From contig OX597816.1 in NCBI GenBank assembly GCA_951406725.2, forward strand, positions 49,228,001 to 49,292,000: 64,000 nucleotides of DNA, in the 5' to 3' direction. This document shows positions 27,725 through 39,318 of the stretch, piece after piece. Made by a program: the position numbers and the translations under genes. Positions within the stretch are counted from its first letter, which is position 1; each line of letters starts with the position of its first letter. The notes under the pieces were generated by a model. It was not told the origin of the DNA and made no database searches. It saw nothing but the letters and a program-made list of their open reading frames with translations. Source of the DNA: Octopus vulgaris. Its lineage: Eukaryota.

Positions 27725-28690
27725 TCTGTATATAGTGAGAATTTACCAAAAACAACAACAAAAGATGAAGACAGGTGTGCAAACAACAAACAGATGTATT
27801 AGTTTAACAACACTCGGGAAGTGAGAAAGTATTTTACATTTCGAGCCTACGCTCTTCGACAGAAAGGAACACAGAAATAAAAAGGGAGAGAAAAAATAGT
27901 TTTGTGGCTAGCGATCTATCAGCGAATGCCGGATAAAAGCGTCACACAGGGGAGCCAGGAAGAAGGGGAGATAATGAAGTAGTTGTGATCTCAAAACGAA
28001 GGTGTGTATGTATGTGAGAGCGTGTATGTGCGTGTGGAAGAGGGCTGGTGATCTTGCCGTGTGCGTGTGTGCATGTGTAGGTGTGTTGATGGTGTGGGTG
28101 CTGGGAAGTGGTCAGTGCTAGTGTGTGCACTGGTGTGGGTTCTGGGAATTAGTCAGTGCTAGCGTGTGCCGGGTGGTGTGATGTGGTGTGGTGTAGTATG
28201 GTGGTATGTGGGGTGCTGGTATGTTGTGTGCTGGTGTGGTGTGGTGGTGATGGGGTGTGGGGGAGGCGAGAGTGGGGAAAGTAAGGGTGGGGTGTAAGGA
28301 ATGGGGTAGGATGGGATGTATAGGGATGTTGGGGATGGAATGTGTAGTGGTGGGATAATGAGGGCGGGGTGACTATGAAGGGAGAGTGTAGAAGGTGAGA
28401 GGAGTGAAGAGGGGAGTAGGTGTCAGAGCAAGGGAGGAAAAGATGGGTGGGAGGAAGTACGTGTGAGAGGATGAGAGGAAAGAGGAGGAGGGTAAGATGA
28501 AAAGGGGAGGAGAGTTGAGCCCATGTGGCGCAAAGGAGCGAAGAAAGAAGATTAATCCTTGTTCACGGCGAAGACGGGAATCCGGATGGCCCCTGTGCAA
28601 GGACAATCTGAACAGATAGGTGTTGTAAAGAATGGTCGGTAGAGCGGAAATAGCACGAAACCGGGGTGTCGTTGCAGATAAGTTTTCACT
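27725..28690 (-). mobile_element. 5'-truncated PLE (GIY-YIG C-terminus, C-rich 3'UTR, pLTR with HHR at 27832-27866)
   Basis: NDTPVSCYFRSTDHSLQHLSV / RLSLHRGHPDSRLRREQGLIFFLRSFAPHGLNS = PLE GIY-YIG end (R..RE...I..L....P.GLN); HHR cttt CTGTCGA a GAGC gtag GCTC GAAA tg TA aaa. Confidence 0.8.
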
Positions 28691-28714
28691 GGTTAACTGT
28701 TTAATATTCAATTC

Positions 28715-29062
28715 TTTTATTCTTATATTTGTTTCATGCTGAGGCACCGCCATTAGTCGAACAAATCGACCCCATGATTTATTCTTTTAAGCTTAGTACT
28801 TATTCTATCGGTCTCTTTCGCCGAACCGCTAGGTTACGGGAAGGTAAGCACACATCGGTTGTCAAGCGATGGTGGTGGTACAAATAGACACACAGACATA
28901 TACAAATATAGACAACGGGATTCTTTCAGTTTCCGTCTACCAAATCCACTCACAAGGCTTTGGTTGGCCCAAACTATAGTAGAAGACAATTGCCAAGGTG
29001 TCACGCAGTGGGACTGAAGCTGGAACCATGTGGTTGGTAAGCAAGCTACATACCACAGCCAC
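28715..29062 (-). mobile_element. Family B tRNA/CORE-like SINE
   Basis: Reverse complement of gtggctgtggtatgtagcttgcttaccaaccacatggttcc...ttcagtcccactgcgtgacaccttggc...; homologous to 34392-34822. Confidence 0.85.
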
Positions 29063-29228
29063 AGAAAAAATTCTCCACTACAAATGGGTATGTATACACA
29101 ATATACAATAATAAAAGGAAATGGAGAGTTGAAAGTGGCATATGTTTATTTATTATCATAATATTATATTTTTTGCGGTTTTGCGGTTCTTCCATTTCTT
29201 TCGTACCTATAGAGACTTACACATACTG

Positions 29229-29792
29229 TTGGGTTGTCCGGAAAGGTCGTGCCGATTTATAGTAGCTTACATTTCGACTTAATTTAGAACATGGTTGAGT
29301 CCAAAAATAGGATTTGCCTACACCTCCATTGAGAGCACAGTTTAAGCTATCTTTTCGTTGAAGAAGGTTTATGTTCCTATAACCTGTGTTAATTCCCTAA
29401 TCCTTTAAATTGGAAGATAAGAAAGTTCATTTTTGGCACTTGATGCTTTGGGAACCAGACAAAAATTGCTGCAGTTCGGCTGGGATGTGTTACCCCACTC
29501 TCCATATTCACCAGATATTGCTCCTTCGGATTTCCACTTATTCAGATCTCTGCAGAATAGTCTTAATGGTGGATATTTCAATTCCTTGGATGACGTAAAA
29601 AGATACCTTGATGAATACTTTGCCATGAAACCACCTCAATTCAGGGGAGAGGGTATTTTCAAGTTAAAGGAAAGATGGAGACGCATTATGCAACAAAATG
29701 GTTCATATTTGGTTGATTAAAATGTAATGGCAAGTATTTATTGACCTTTTTCTTTCTTTTAAAAATCAGCATGAACTTTCCGGACAACCCAA
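29229..29792 (+). mobile_element. Internally deleted mariner (DD34D) element
   Basis: ~30-bp TIRs ttgggttgtccggaaa...gattt; TA at 29793-4; N-terminus EDKKVHFWHLMLWE fused directly to C-terminus TRQKLLQFGWDVLPHSPYSPDIAPSDFHLFRSLQN. Confidence 0.92.
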
Positions 29793-30277
29793 TATATTTA
29801 CATGAGTTTGTTTACATTAAAAATAAAACTAAGTAACTTTTGATTGAATACTTCACATACACATTAGTATAGACAATAGATAATGACTATAGTATGATTT
29901 ATAAACTTAAAGTTAATTATAATATTATTTAGTGTTGGCGTGGTAGGTATGATAGATAGTTTTCTGAAAATTTTTTTATGTGTATGATGTAATTTCATGA
30001 ATAGTATAGAATTGAAGGTCAATATTTACTGTCTTACAATAGATTTGTAACGAATTTTTTCTGTTCTAGAATACTAACGGACAGAAATATACTTCAGTTA
30101 ATATTCTTAAATATACAGACACATATTTTATAGCCGTTATATTAATTGTTTATGTTATTTCATTCATAAATTTTAAAATTCAAACATAATTATTGACACT
30201 CACACTCACAAATATAAACATATATTCAGTCTGTTTTACAATTTCAGTCTTCTCACATGTTATTTTCATCCAGCTTA

Positions 30278-30354
30278 CCCTGATGAGATTCTTACTCAAA
30301 TATTTCAATAATACAAACTTTCGGCTTTTGATTTGAATTGAAACAATTGAAGGG
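30278..30354 (+). ncRNA. Degenerate hammerhead motif with long stem II insert
   Basis: cc CTGATGA GATTC...GAATT GAAA CAATTG a aggg; palindromic stem III, U16.1 lost. Confidence 0.5.
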
Positions 30355-30371
30355 ATTATATTTATTCTTAT

Positions 30372-30427
<56 letters not shown>

Positions 30428-30481
30428 AACAATAATAATAATAATAATAATAATAAAAATAATGATAATGATAATAATAAT

Positions 30482-31028
30482 AAATGCCCTGATGCAGTAC
30501 CAGGCAGTGGCTCTTGTGGCTTCTGATCTTAACTGATTGGAAGTGTTATCATGTACATTGTTTTCTCTTGGTATAAAAGATAGGCCACAGCAAATATTCT
30601 GTTCAGTACCACAGATTTGCTTGTCACTTGTTTGACCTTAACCAGTTGAGCATGTCCCTTAGTGGCTGACGATATGTACATCTCTGATCACGAGCAGAAG
30701 TAGTGGGGGATCATCATAAACATGTATTGAGAGGGATTCTATGGGGTTTGAATAAATCACCTCTGGAAACATGGGTGTTTCGTTCAACATACTTAAACAA
30801 CCCTTATTCTGATAGCTGGTGGGTTACTCGACCAGAAGAAAATTCTAACTGGGCCCCACCTACAAGGTCATATGCTGTTTATCTTGATATGAGATCACCA
30901 TGTCGCACACATACGGTTGTGATGCATGTGTCTAGTGTACTCTTATCAGACGGGTATTCATGATGGGTATACTAGGCTTCGTATATTTTACCCCAGTGTC
31001 ACTTTGATGGCATGTACTGCTCTCTCAC

Positions 31029-31030
<2 letters not shown>
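30482..31030 (+). mobile_element. Non-coding retroposon family ending in (AAT)n, inserted in an (AAT)n/(GAT)n microsatellite
   Basis: Homologous partial copies at 43975-44180 (+) and 57215-57260 (-); all end ...gcatgcactgctYtctcaN followed by trinucleotide repeats. Confidence 0.75.
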
Positions 31031-31082
<52 letters not shown>

Positions 31083-32290
31083 TTGATTCACTAACTTTTT
31101 GCTGTGACAACAGATAGCTCATGAAGTGTTTTGTCTAGATTGATAATCCCTCACTATTAGCTCTATTATGTGTGTGTGTGTGCATGTGTACGTATACATA
31201 TGCGTGAATCTGTCTGTGTATAGGTGTATGTACCTGGGTATGTACGGTTAAACACTTTCTATGCAAAGACCTCTGTTCAAACTACAAGAGTAGAAAAGTG
31301 AGTTGTTCTCGACGCTGAGAGTAAAGTATTGCATCGATATTATATTTATTAAGAGGAAATCTAGATTTCGTCACACACAGGCGCGCACGTGTCTGAATAA
31401 TAAAGCAGGCAGCTGTAACAAAAAACGAACTCAATAAAGAAGCATTTTATTGGACGTGTGTTTAAAGAGAAATTGGAAGAAATAAATAGATGTTATTTTG
31501 TGTATACGAAAACAAATGAACTATTTCATTTGATATGTATAAAATAAATAAGAAATAGCGATAAAATTCAATCTCAACAATTGAACATACCTAAGGCCGT
31601 GTATATACTGTTATTCATGCTTAAGAAGTACTATATCAAAGAATGGGAGAAAAGCAACTACAAAAAAGTAGAAGGAAATGGAAGTGAAAGAATTCCCTAA
31701 TGAGAAAAAAAACAAAAAAAAAAAAACAATGAATAAGAGAAACATTCGCTGATTTTGGAACGATTTCATAATGTATTTTTCATTTATAAAACCATGTAAG
31801 CAAAAGCCCGCAACTAACACGACACAAAATTGTTGAACAAGAAGGATAGTTATGTACAGATGAAACCAAATTGAAATAGGAATCACACGCAAAATTTCGT
31901 TGTGAAAGTTTCTACAACGGACGCGACCCACGAATATGTTTCTTTTTGCATTTTGTTAATTTAAGTATCAAGCACACACCATTGTTTGTTCCGTTCAAGT
32001 TGTTCGCATGATACAAGTATAGGGATATTAAAATATTTTCGGTGAAGCCAAAAAAATGAGAATTCAGATCTTATCTGATGTTACGAAGCTAGTGAATCTC
32101 GCTCACTCTCATTCGTGTTCTCTCTCTCTTTCACACTCTGTGAGACTGTACACATACATACATACATTCATACATACATACATATATATACACACACACA
32201 TATATATATATATACATACATATATACACACATGTATACAAACAGACAGTCACACTTATACAGATACATACAACCATACATATATACATA

Positions 32291-32346
<56 letters not shown>

Positions 32347-32363
32347 TTATATACATATATATA

Positions 32364-32756
32364 TCTTTATATATAAAAGAGAAGTTGTGTGTCTGTCTCC
32401 TACGATTTAGATTCCTAACTACTCCCACATTTTGCGGTGCAGTTTAACCAAAACCGGGTATCTTATAGTTGTGATTCATATCGAGCCCTTCTGGGTATTA
32501 GCGCGCGTCTACGATGAGTCTACGATTTAAAAAATAAATTACCATCATTTTTTTCCATTTTAATGCATTTTTTTGCTATTATATAAGGGAAGTAACTCTC
32601 TAAAAATGTCTACGATGAGTCAATGATTTAAAAAAAATTTACCATCATTTGTTTTCCATTTTTAATGCATTTTTTGCTATTTTTTGGCTATAACTCTCTA
32701 AAAATGCTTATATAGTTATTTCCCTTACAAACCCGAGCAACGCCGGGCGATACTGC

Positions 32757-32759
<3 letters not shown>
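32364..32759 (+). mobile_element. Non-autonomous Helitron
   Basis: 5' TCtttatatataaaagagaagttgtgtgtctgtct; 3' hairpin cccgagcaacgccggg followed by CTAT (CTAG variant); within (TA)n; internal ~70-bp duplication. Confidence 0.75.
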
Positions 32760-32799
<40 letters not shown>

Positions 32800-32902
32800 T
32801 ACATATACATGTATATAGACTCAGACATTCGACCATATATATACATATATATGTGCGTTTATATATAGATATATATATTCATATATATGTGTGTATATAT
32901 AG

Positions 32903-32960
<58 letters not shown>

Positions 32961-33066
32961 ATACTTATATTTGTGAGATTGATGTTGTACTATTCAACAT
33001 ATACTTATAGGTATACTCATACGAATGAATGCGGACCATTTTCTTAATATACAGATGATAATTTTT

Positions 33067-33109
<43 letters not shown>

Positions 33110-33172
33110 TATACAAACATACACATACACGCCCATAGACACACATACACACACACACATATAAAAATAAGA

Positions 33173-33215
<43 letters not shown>

Positions 33216-33549
33216 ATATGTGTATTCAAGTGTATTTCTATGTGTGCATTTTGTTTGTCTGTGTCCGTCTATATTTTTACCAGAGAATATATCTACGCCT
33301 GTATATTTCCCCATATAAATGTATTTTTTTCAGTTCTGTGTGTTTATCACAAAGTCGAATTTCCTCTTGCATCATATAAGCATTTCTTAAGAGTTTGAAT
33401 TTTTAAATTTCTAAATCCCTGCAGTCATCACTCATAATTACACTTTTTCTCTGTTAAAAATGATTCAATATCCATTCTCCCAACTCCAACATACCATTAT
33501 GATGTAGAGACTACAAAAGGGAGAGTTGGTACACAAGGTGGAGAGTGTT

Positions 33550-34080
33550 TACGAGTTGATTTCAAGAAGTATCCGACTTTATTTTTTTTCCACCTCAACT
33601 AATGCTGCGTAGGCGAAATCCTTTGGATGGAAGGTGATATCATTCGTCTTATGCTCGCATAAAAATATTTGCGCCGGAAGGCCGCACCAGTTTCCAGCTG
33701 TTATGCCTAGAGTACAAACTTGTAGTATGCGTTCGTTTCATTATCACTGAACGCATGGAGTGGAGATATTGCATCAAGTTATATCAAGAGCTTGGTGATA
33801 CTCAAGTTGAATCCATCAGATCAATTAGGCCTTCCACAAGCATAGATGAGGAGCCGATTGAGAAGGTTCGGCGAATAGTCATGGAAGACCGTCGTGTTAC
33901 AATCCTCTAAATCGATCACGAAGTGGGAGTAAGGACATTTTAACGGAGGATCTGAGCATGTGGAGTGTCGGAGAAATCCATCACCAAGGTGCTGGTGGAG
34001 CAGCAGAAGCAATTCCACATGGAAGTTGCTCAGGACATGCTGGACTGTGCATACCACGACCCAGAATTCATGAAGGCCAT
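33550..34080 (+). mobile_element. Decayed mariner 5' half
   Basis: MEWRYCIK...RPSTSIDEEPIEKVRRIVMEDRRVT...LTEDLSM...QQKQFHMEVAQDMLDCAYHDPEFMKAI; truncated by a PLE fragment. Confidence 0.75.
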
Positions 34081-34380
34081 CAACTTTCATTCCTCGATAT
34101 CCTCACTAAGTAACCCAACAACAAAATAGAAACATATATATTATAAGCCTACAGACTCCAAGCAATATCTACTGTTCAACTCATGCCACACCAGAATAAA
34201 TATTCCCTTCAACCTAGCAAAGAGTCATATTTTATCACAAAATATAAACCACTTTTGAATGCATCTGCTACAAAGGCACTACCGCAAGGGCCTCAAATAA
34301 TACCCACGCAAATATTTTAAAACGATATATTCAGAGCAGTCACTACCTAGGAATTTATTCAGAACAATTCCAGCGCAGGA
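34081..34380 (+). mobile_element. Internally deleted PLE (RT C-terminal motifs fused to GIY-YIG end)
   Basis: LSFLDIL...YKPTDSKQYLLFNSCH...INIPFNLAK directly followed by KESYFITKYKPLLN. Confidence 0.8.
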
Positions 34381-34391
34381 GTGGCCATAGA

Positions 34392-34554
34392 CGTAGGATT
34401 GGCTGTGTGGTAAATAGCTTGCTTACCAACCACATGGTCCTTGGTTCTGTCCCACTGCATGGCACCTTGGGCAAGTGTCTTCTACTACAGCCTCAGGCCG
34501 ACCAAAGCCTTGTGAATGGATTTGGTAGAGGGAAACTGAAAGCAGCCCCTCATA

Positions 34555-34599
<45 letters not shown>

Positions 34600-34822
34600 A
34601 TATGTTTGTGTGTCTGTGTTTGTCCCCCCAGCATTGTGTTTGTCCCCTCAACATATGGTGGTGTGTTTACGTCCCCGTAACTTAGCGGTTCGGCAAAAGG
34701 AACCGATAGAATAAGTACTAGGCTTACAAAAAATAAGTTCTGGGGTCGATTTGCTCGACTAAAGTCGGTGCTCCTGCATGGCCGCAGTCAAATGACTGAA
34801 ACAGGTAAAAGAGTAAAAGAGT
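34392..34822 (+). mobile_element. Family B SINE, full length
   Basis: tRNA-like head TGGCTGTGTGGTAA / GGTTCTGTCCC, CORE-like CACCTTGGGCAAGT, internal (TA)n/(TG)n, tail atgactgaaacaggtaaaagagtaaaagag. Confidence 0.9.
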
Positions 34823-34920
34823 AATTAATTACTATTATAACCACAACAGGTCACTTTTATATCACATGACCATTTAAGAGGATTCCACCAATATCCTACT
34901 ACTGTCATGCCACTCTTGTA

Positions 34921-35001
34921 TTCTTCTTCTTCTTCTTCTTCTTCTTCTTCTTCTTCTTCTTCTTCTTCTTCTTCTTCTTCTTCTTCTTCTTCTTCTCTTC
35001 T
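34921..35001 (+). repeat. (TTC)n microsatellite
   Basis: Direct reading. Confidence 0.95.
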
Positions 35002-35117
35002 TCGCCTTCGACGGCTACTGCTGCTTAAACAATTAAAACCAAGAAATCACATCCCTCATATCAAATATTATTTTAGGACTGCTACTGCCTACTACTTACT
35101 ACCACATTTTCACAAGA

Positions 35118-35151
<34 letters not shown>

Positions 35152-35450
35152 GAAATGGAAAATGTTCCTTGTATTTGAAAACTATGGAAGTATTTACAAA
35201 ACACTTCATTTAATTTTTTATACTTTAACTTGAAAAAGTGGCAAAGTGTAGAACCGGTACTAAAATGGCTATTATGATTAAATTATTTCAGCATCATGGA
35301 AGGAAAGAAAGATGGCTTTATGTTTCGAGCAAACCTCTTCTTCAGAAACAGGAGACAGGAAGAGAAAAGAAGACGGAGGAAAAAAATCACCAACTATCTA
35401 CAGTTAGTTACATTATATATATATATATATATTGATAAAAGCCACTCACA

Positions 35451-35510
<60 letters not shown>

Positions 35511-35513
<3 letters not shown>

Positions 35514-36345
35514 GTAAATGTTATTAACTGTTGAAGTTAATAAAGCTAAAGATATAAATAATGACTTGCAGAAAATTTATTAAATATTTCCCTGGTTTAG
35601 AAAAAAGTAGCTTGAGAGATGCTTTAAACAATTTCCTTAAGGTTGGGGGCCTTATGGATTATTGGGAGATTTTGCATAATGTTATGAAATGCTTATTAGT
35701 TTCTGGGGAGAAATAAGGTAGTGTTTTAAGGGTAGTTGTGTTGCTGTGAGTGGCTTTTATCAATGTTTTAATATCAATCAATTTTGCACGTTTAATCGCT
35801 TCGTTTATGAGTTGAATTGGGTAGTGCCTGTCCTAGAGTGAGTTTTTAAGCTTTAGCAATCTTAGTTGTCTCATATTTTTTCGGATCTATGATGAAAATT
35901 CTTATCAACTTCCTTTTTGGACCTCAACACAGGTAAGACTGAATAAAGAAGCCTCATTTATCCAAAAATATAAGCCAGAATTAAACATGAACCCATATTA
36001 AAAATAAAAGGCTTAGCTAGAATAAAATACAGGCCCAAAATATAAATTACAGATTTACTTCCTTCTTTACTGTAAAATAAATGAGTGAGCAATTATCTCC
36101 CCTAGTAATATGTCTTTCCCTAGCAATATGTCTATTTTTTAACCCTTAGCCTGATGAGCAATGCGAAACCGGTTCTTACTTTAATCATGGTGAAATAACA
36201 AAATATTATTTTGTACTAAATTGTATAATATTTTTATTTTATGACTCTATTATACCCCTTAACCCTGTGAAACAAATCTGTTTTTTTTACCATCTGTTCT
36301 CGTTCTGTATGTATCCAACCACGTGTGTTCCCTCACTAAAATATT
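35511..36345 (+). mobile_element. 5'-inverted truncated PLE with hammerhead motif (36151-36174)
   Basis: Minus-strand ~35600-35895 gives RQLRLLKLKNSL*DRHYPIQLINEAIKRAK (RT thumb); plus strand ~35935-35990 gives RLNKEASFIQKYKPELN; then CTGATGA GCaatGC GAAA CCGG TT; flanked by (TA)n. Confidence 0.8.
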
Positions 36346-36554
36346 ATATATATATATATGAGCACTTTTAGGCAATGTGTCTATACAAATGCATACATAT
36401 ATGCCCACATGTAATGATATAGATCAAGAGACAGATTCATGCACAGAATTATAAATAATTATCAATCTGGATAATCTTAGATAATATTTGTCACCTCGAA
36501 TTCAAATAACAATGTTTGGTAGGCTAAATGTTATTTAGAACAACAAATTAAGGC

Positions 36555-36889
36555 AGTTCTATATTTAAGAGATGAGGAATTATGTACATTATTTACATTA
36601 TTTAAATTTTGACAGATATTTGTCCACATCTAATTTGTTGTTGACACAACGTTTCGGCTGATATACCCCCAGCCTTCATCAGGTGTATTGGAGAAATTTC
36701 GAATATGGGTTCTCATTCCACGGGCATATGGCGTAGTGGTTAAGAGCGCGGGCTACTAACCCCAAGATTCCGAGTTCGATTCCAGTCAGTGACTTGAATA
36801 ATAATAATAATAACAACAACAGCAACAACAACCACAACAACAACAACAACAACAATAATAATGATAATATAATAATGATGATGATGATG

Positions 36890-36957
<68 letters not shown>

Positions 36958-37097
36958 AACAACAACAACATTGAAAAATATCTTAGGAATGAAAACCCAG
37001 GTTCGAAATTTCCCCAAGACATACCAGCCGAGACGTTGTATTAACAACAAACAACATGAAGACAAATATCCGTGAAATGTAAATAATGTAAATAATG
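36555..37097 (+). mobile_element. tRNA-headed, hammerhead-tailed SINE with inverted 5' copy of its 3' end
   Basis: A-box TGGCGTAGTGG 36729-36739, B-box GTTCGATTCC 36774-36783, (AAT/AAC)n linker, tail 36986-37096 inverted relative to ~36590-36719; TSD aacaaattaaggc (36542-36554) / aacaaattaaagc (37098-37110). Confidence 0.85.
36644..36686 (-). ncRNA. Minimal type-I hammerhead ribozyme, intact core
   Basis: ACAC CTGATGA a GGCTG ggggtatat CAGCC GAAA CG TT GTGT: 4-bp stem I, 5-bp stem II, palindromic stem III (AACGTT), GUU cleavage triplet. Confidence 0.85.
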
Positions 37098-39229
37098 AAC
37101 AAATTAAAGCTTATTTACATGTATATAAGTATTATTGTAACACCTCACAATTTCACAAACAAATGATAATGGAATTACTTTTCTGAGATCCAAGCTAAAT
37201 TTAAGATTACTATATCTATTATGATGATATATATTGGTGTCAGTTAAACCATATTCTGAATTGATTAATGCTTTCCATATTTATAGAATATGTCAGCAAA
37301 TTTAACTATAGATTTTCTCGTATCGAAGTCTAAACCAATACTCTGAGAGTGGCACAGTTTGTTGATCTCCAGACTCAATTAATATGCAGTATTGTAATGT
37401 TGGTGGATTTGCAGAATCATTAACACACGAGAAATTGTTATGCAGAGTTGCCTACACCTCTTTAGATTTTGAGTTTAAATCCAGCCTTGTTTAACCTTAC
37501 TATTCATACTTCTAGGGACAACAAAATATATTAAGAGTCGTGTATTGGAGAACGACATAATCGGGGTATTCCTTTAACGTATCACGAAATGCATCGGTGA
37601 AGACATGTTTAGTGTTGTTAGGTAATACAAAACTGTATTAGTATTCAAAAGTAGCCAGCAACCAATATAACCTTAAGTTTGGCTCGAAAATAAAATGGAA
37701 TAAAAACAGAAAGATGGGTTATTTGTTATTGCAACAATTCTTTGGCTAAGAGTTTTTATTTTGATGTAAGCATAGTAAAGTAAAGTATGCAGTATGCACA
37801 ACATCCATGACATGACATTATGTTATATGTTACGCAACTCTCAATTCACCAAGCTAACCAAATAAACAAGCGAGCAATGACATGTCTATTAATAAACAAA
37901 TGATGAACAAGAGAAATTTATAGTCAGAATTACCAACATTCAAGAAAGTAAAGTGACTCTGCCTACAATTTGTCAATCAATGAGTATGGATTGCAGAATG
38001 ATGTTGTCAATGAAAGAACAGTTAAAAGTGTTCAGATTCCAAAGCTGTCTTTAAACTTAATAACCTCATTCATAAAGGCTGGTGGTGGCAGAACTTGCTT
38101 ATATACAAGCGGATGTCAAGCGCCGCCACGGATGACATTTGCCCCCTATCAACACATGTTCAAAAGCAGCTGTTAATGATGCTTTAAAAACCCATTTATT
38201 TTGTTATATTGATTTAAAGTTTACTACATTAAGGAGTGACATGGTTAATAAATCCCATTTGTTCACTTAATTACCCTTGATAAAAGTGCTCCGGTTAATT
38301 ATAATAAAACTAATAGGATATCAGTTTTAATGAATAGAAATCCAGTAAGTATAATTCAGAGCGAACTACTCCAGGAAAGCTGCAGATCAGGAAAGTTCTT
38401 TGCAAAATTTCAGAGAAGGGAGGGAAAGAGAAGAGGGAAAACGAAAAGATATAATGAAATAGGATAAATCAAATAGAGTGGTCAAAACATTGGCTGGAAG
38501 AATAAAGTAAATCAATTGGTATCATACACTTTGAGTAGACAGCTTACGCGCTATCAAAATAATTAAAAATTATTGTAAAAAGGAAATGTTAAAAGTGTTT
38601 ATCAAAAATAGAGAGAATGGAAAAGTCATAGGTGCTAAGTAATAACGAATTGGTAGCATTATGATTAGTTATAAAGATATTGAAACTTCGTAAGTAGAGA
38701 GGGTGATACAATTATTATAAAGGGCTCATCCATGGCTCGTAGCAAATTGAAAGTTTAGTAAATTAACTTAAAAGTTATTAAATTAAATTGTATAAAATAT
38801 GGAAATATATACTAAATTGCAGTCACCGGTATCTGTCGTTTGAATCAAGAGTAGGCAAACGTACGTTAAATAATAACATTAAGAAGTCATCTAAATATAG
38901 TTAATAAATCCTATTACTGGTGGTAATGTCTTTATCATAGGATTAGTGATACGTACCTAGCAGGCTGGAAAGGCTTATAAGAAAGTTCTACGGATAGAAT
39001 TTGATCCTTAATTCCTCTGATCTATTGATAACTTTACCCACGCATTTTGAGATTTTCCAATTTTAAAGATAAGTGATTGCAACCATATCTATCACTAAAA
39101 AAATTAATAATTGTAATTCAACTTTTTGACCTTGTTTTTAACGGCTTGAAAAATGCCGAAATATATTAATATTTCGACAAGAAATCCCTAGTATTCCATA
39201 AGAACTGTAGTTTTTATTATAATAATAAT

Positions 39230-39309
<80 letters not shown>

Positions 39310-39318
39310 GTACATATT

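Noticed and set aside
36722-36795. Possible functional tRNA gene
   Set aside because: A/B boxes are good, but the acceptor stem does not pair, there is no oligo-T terminator, and it lies inside a TSD-flanked insertion; treated as a SINE head.
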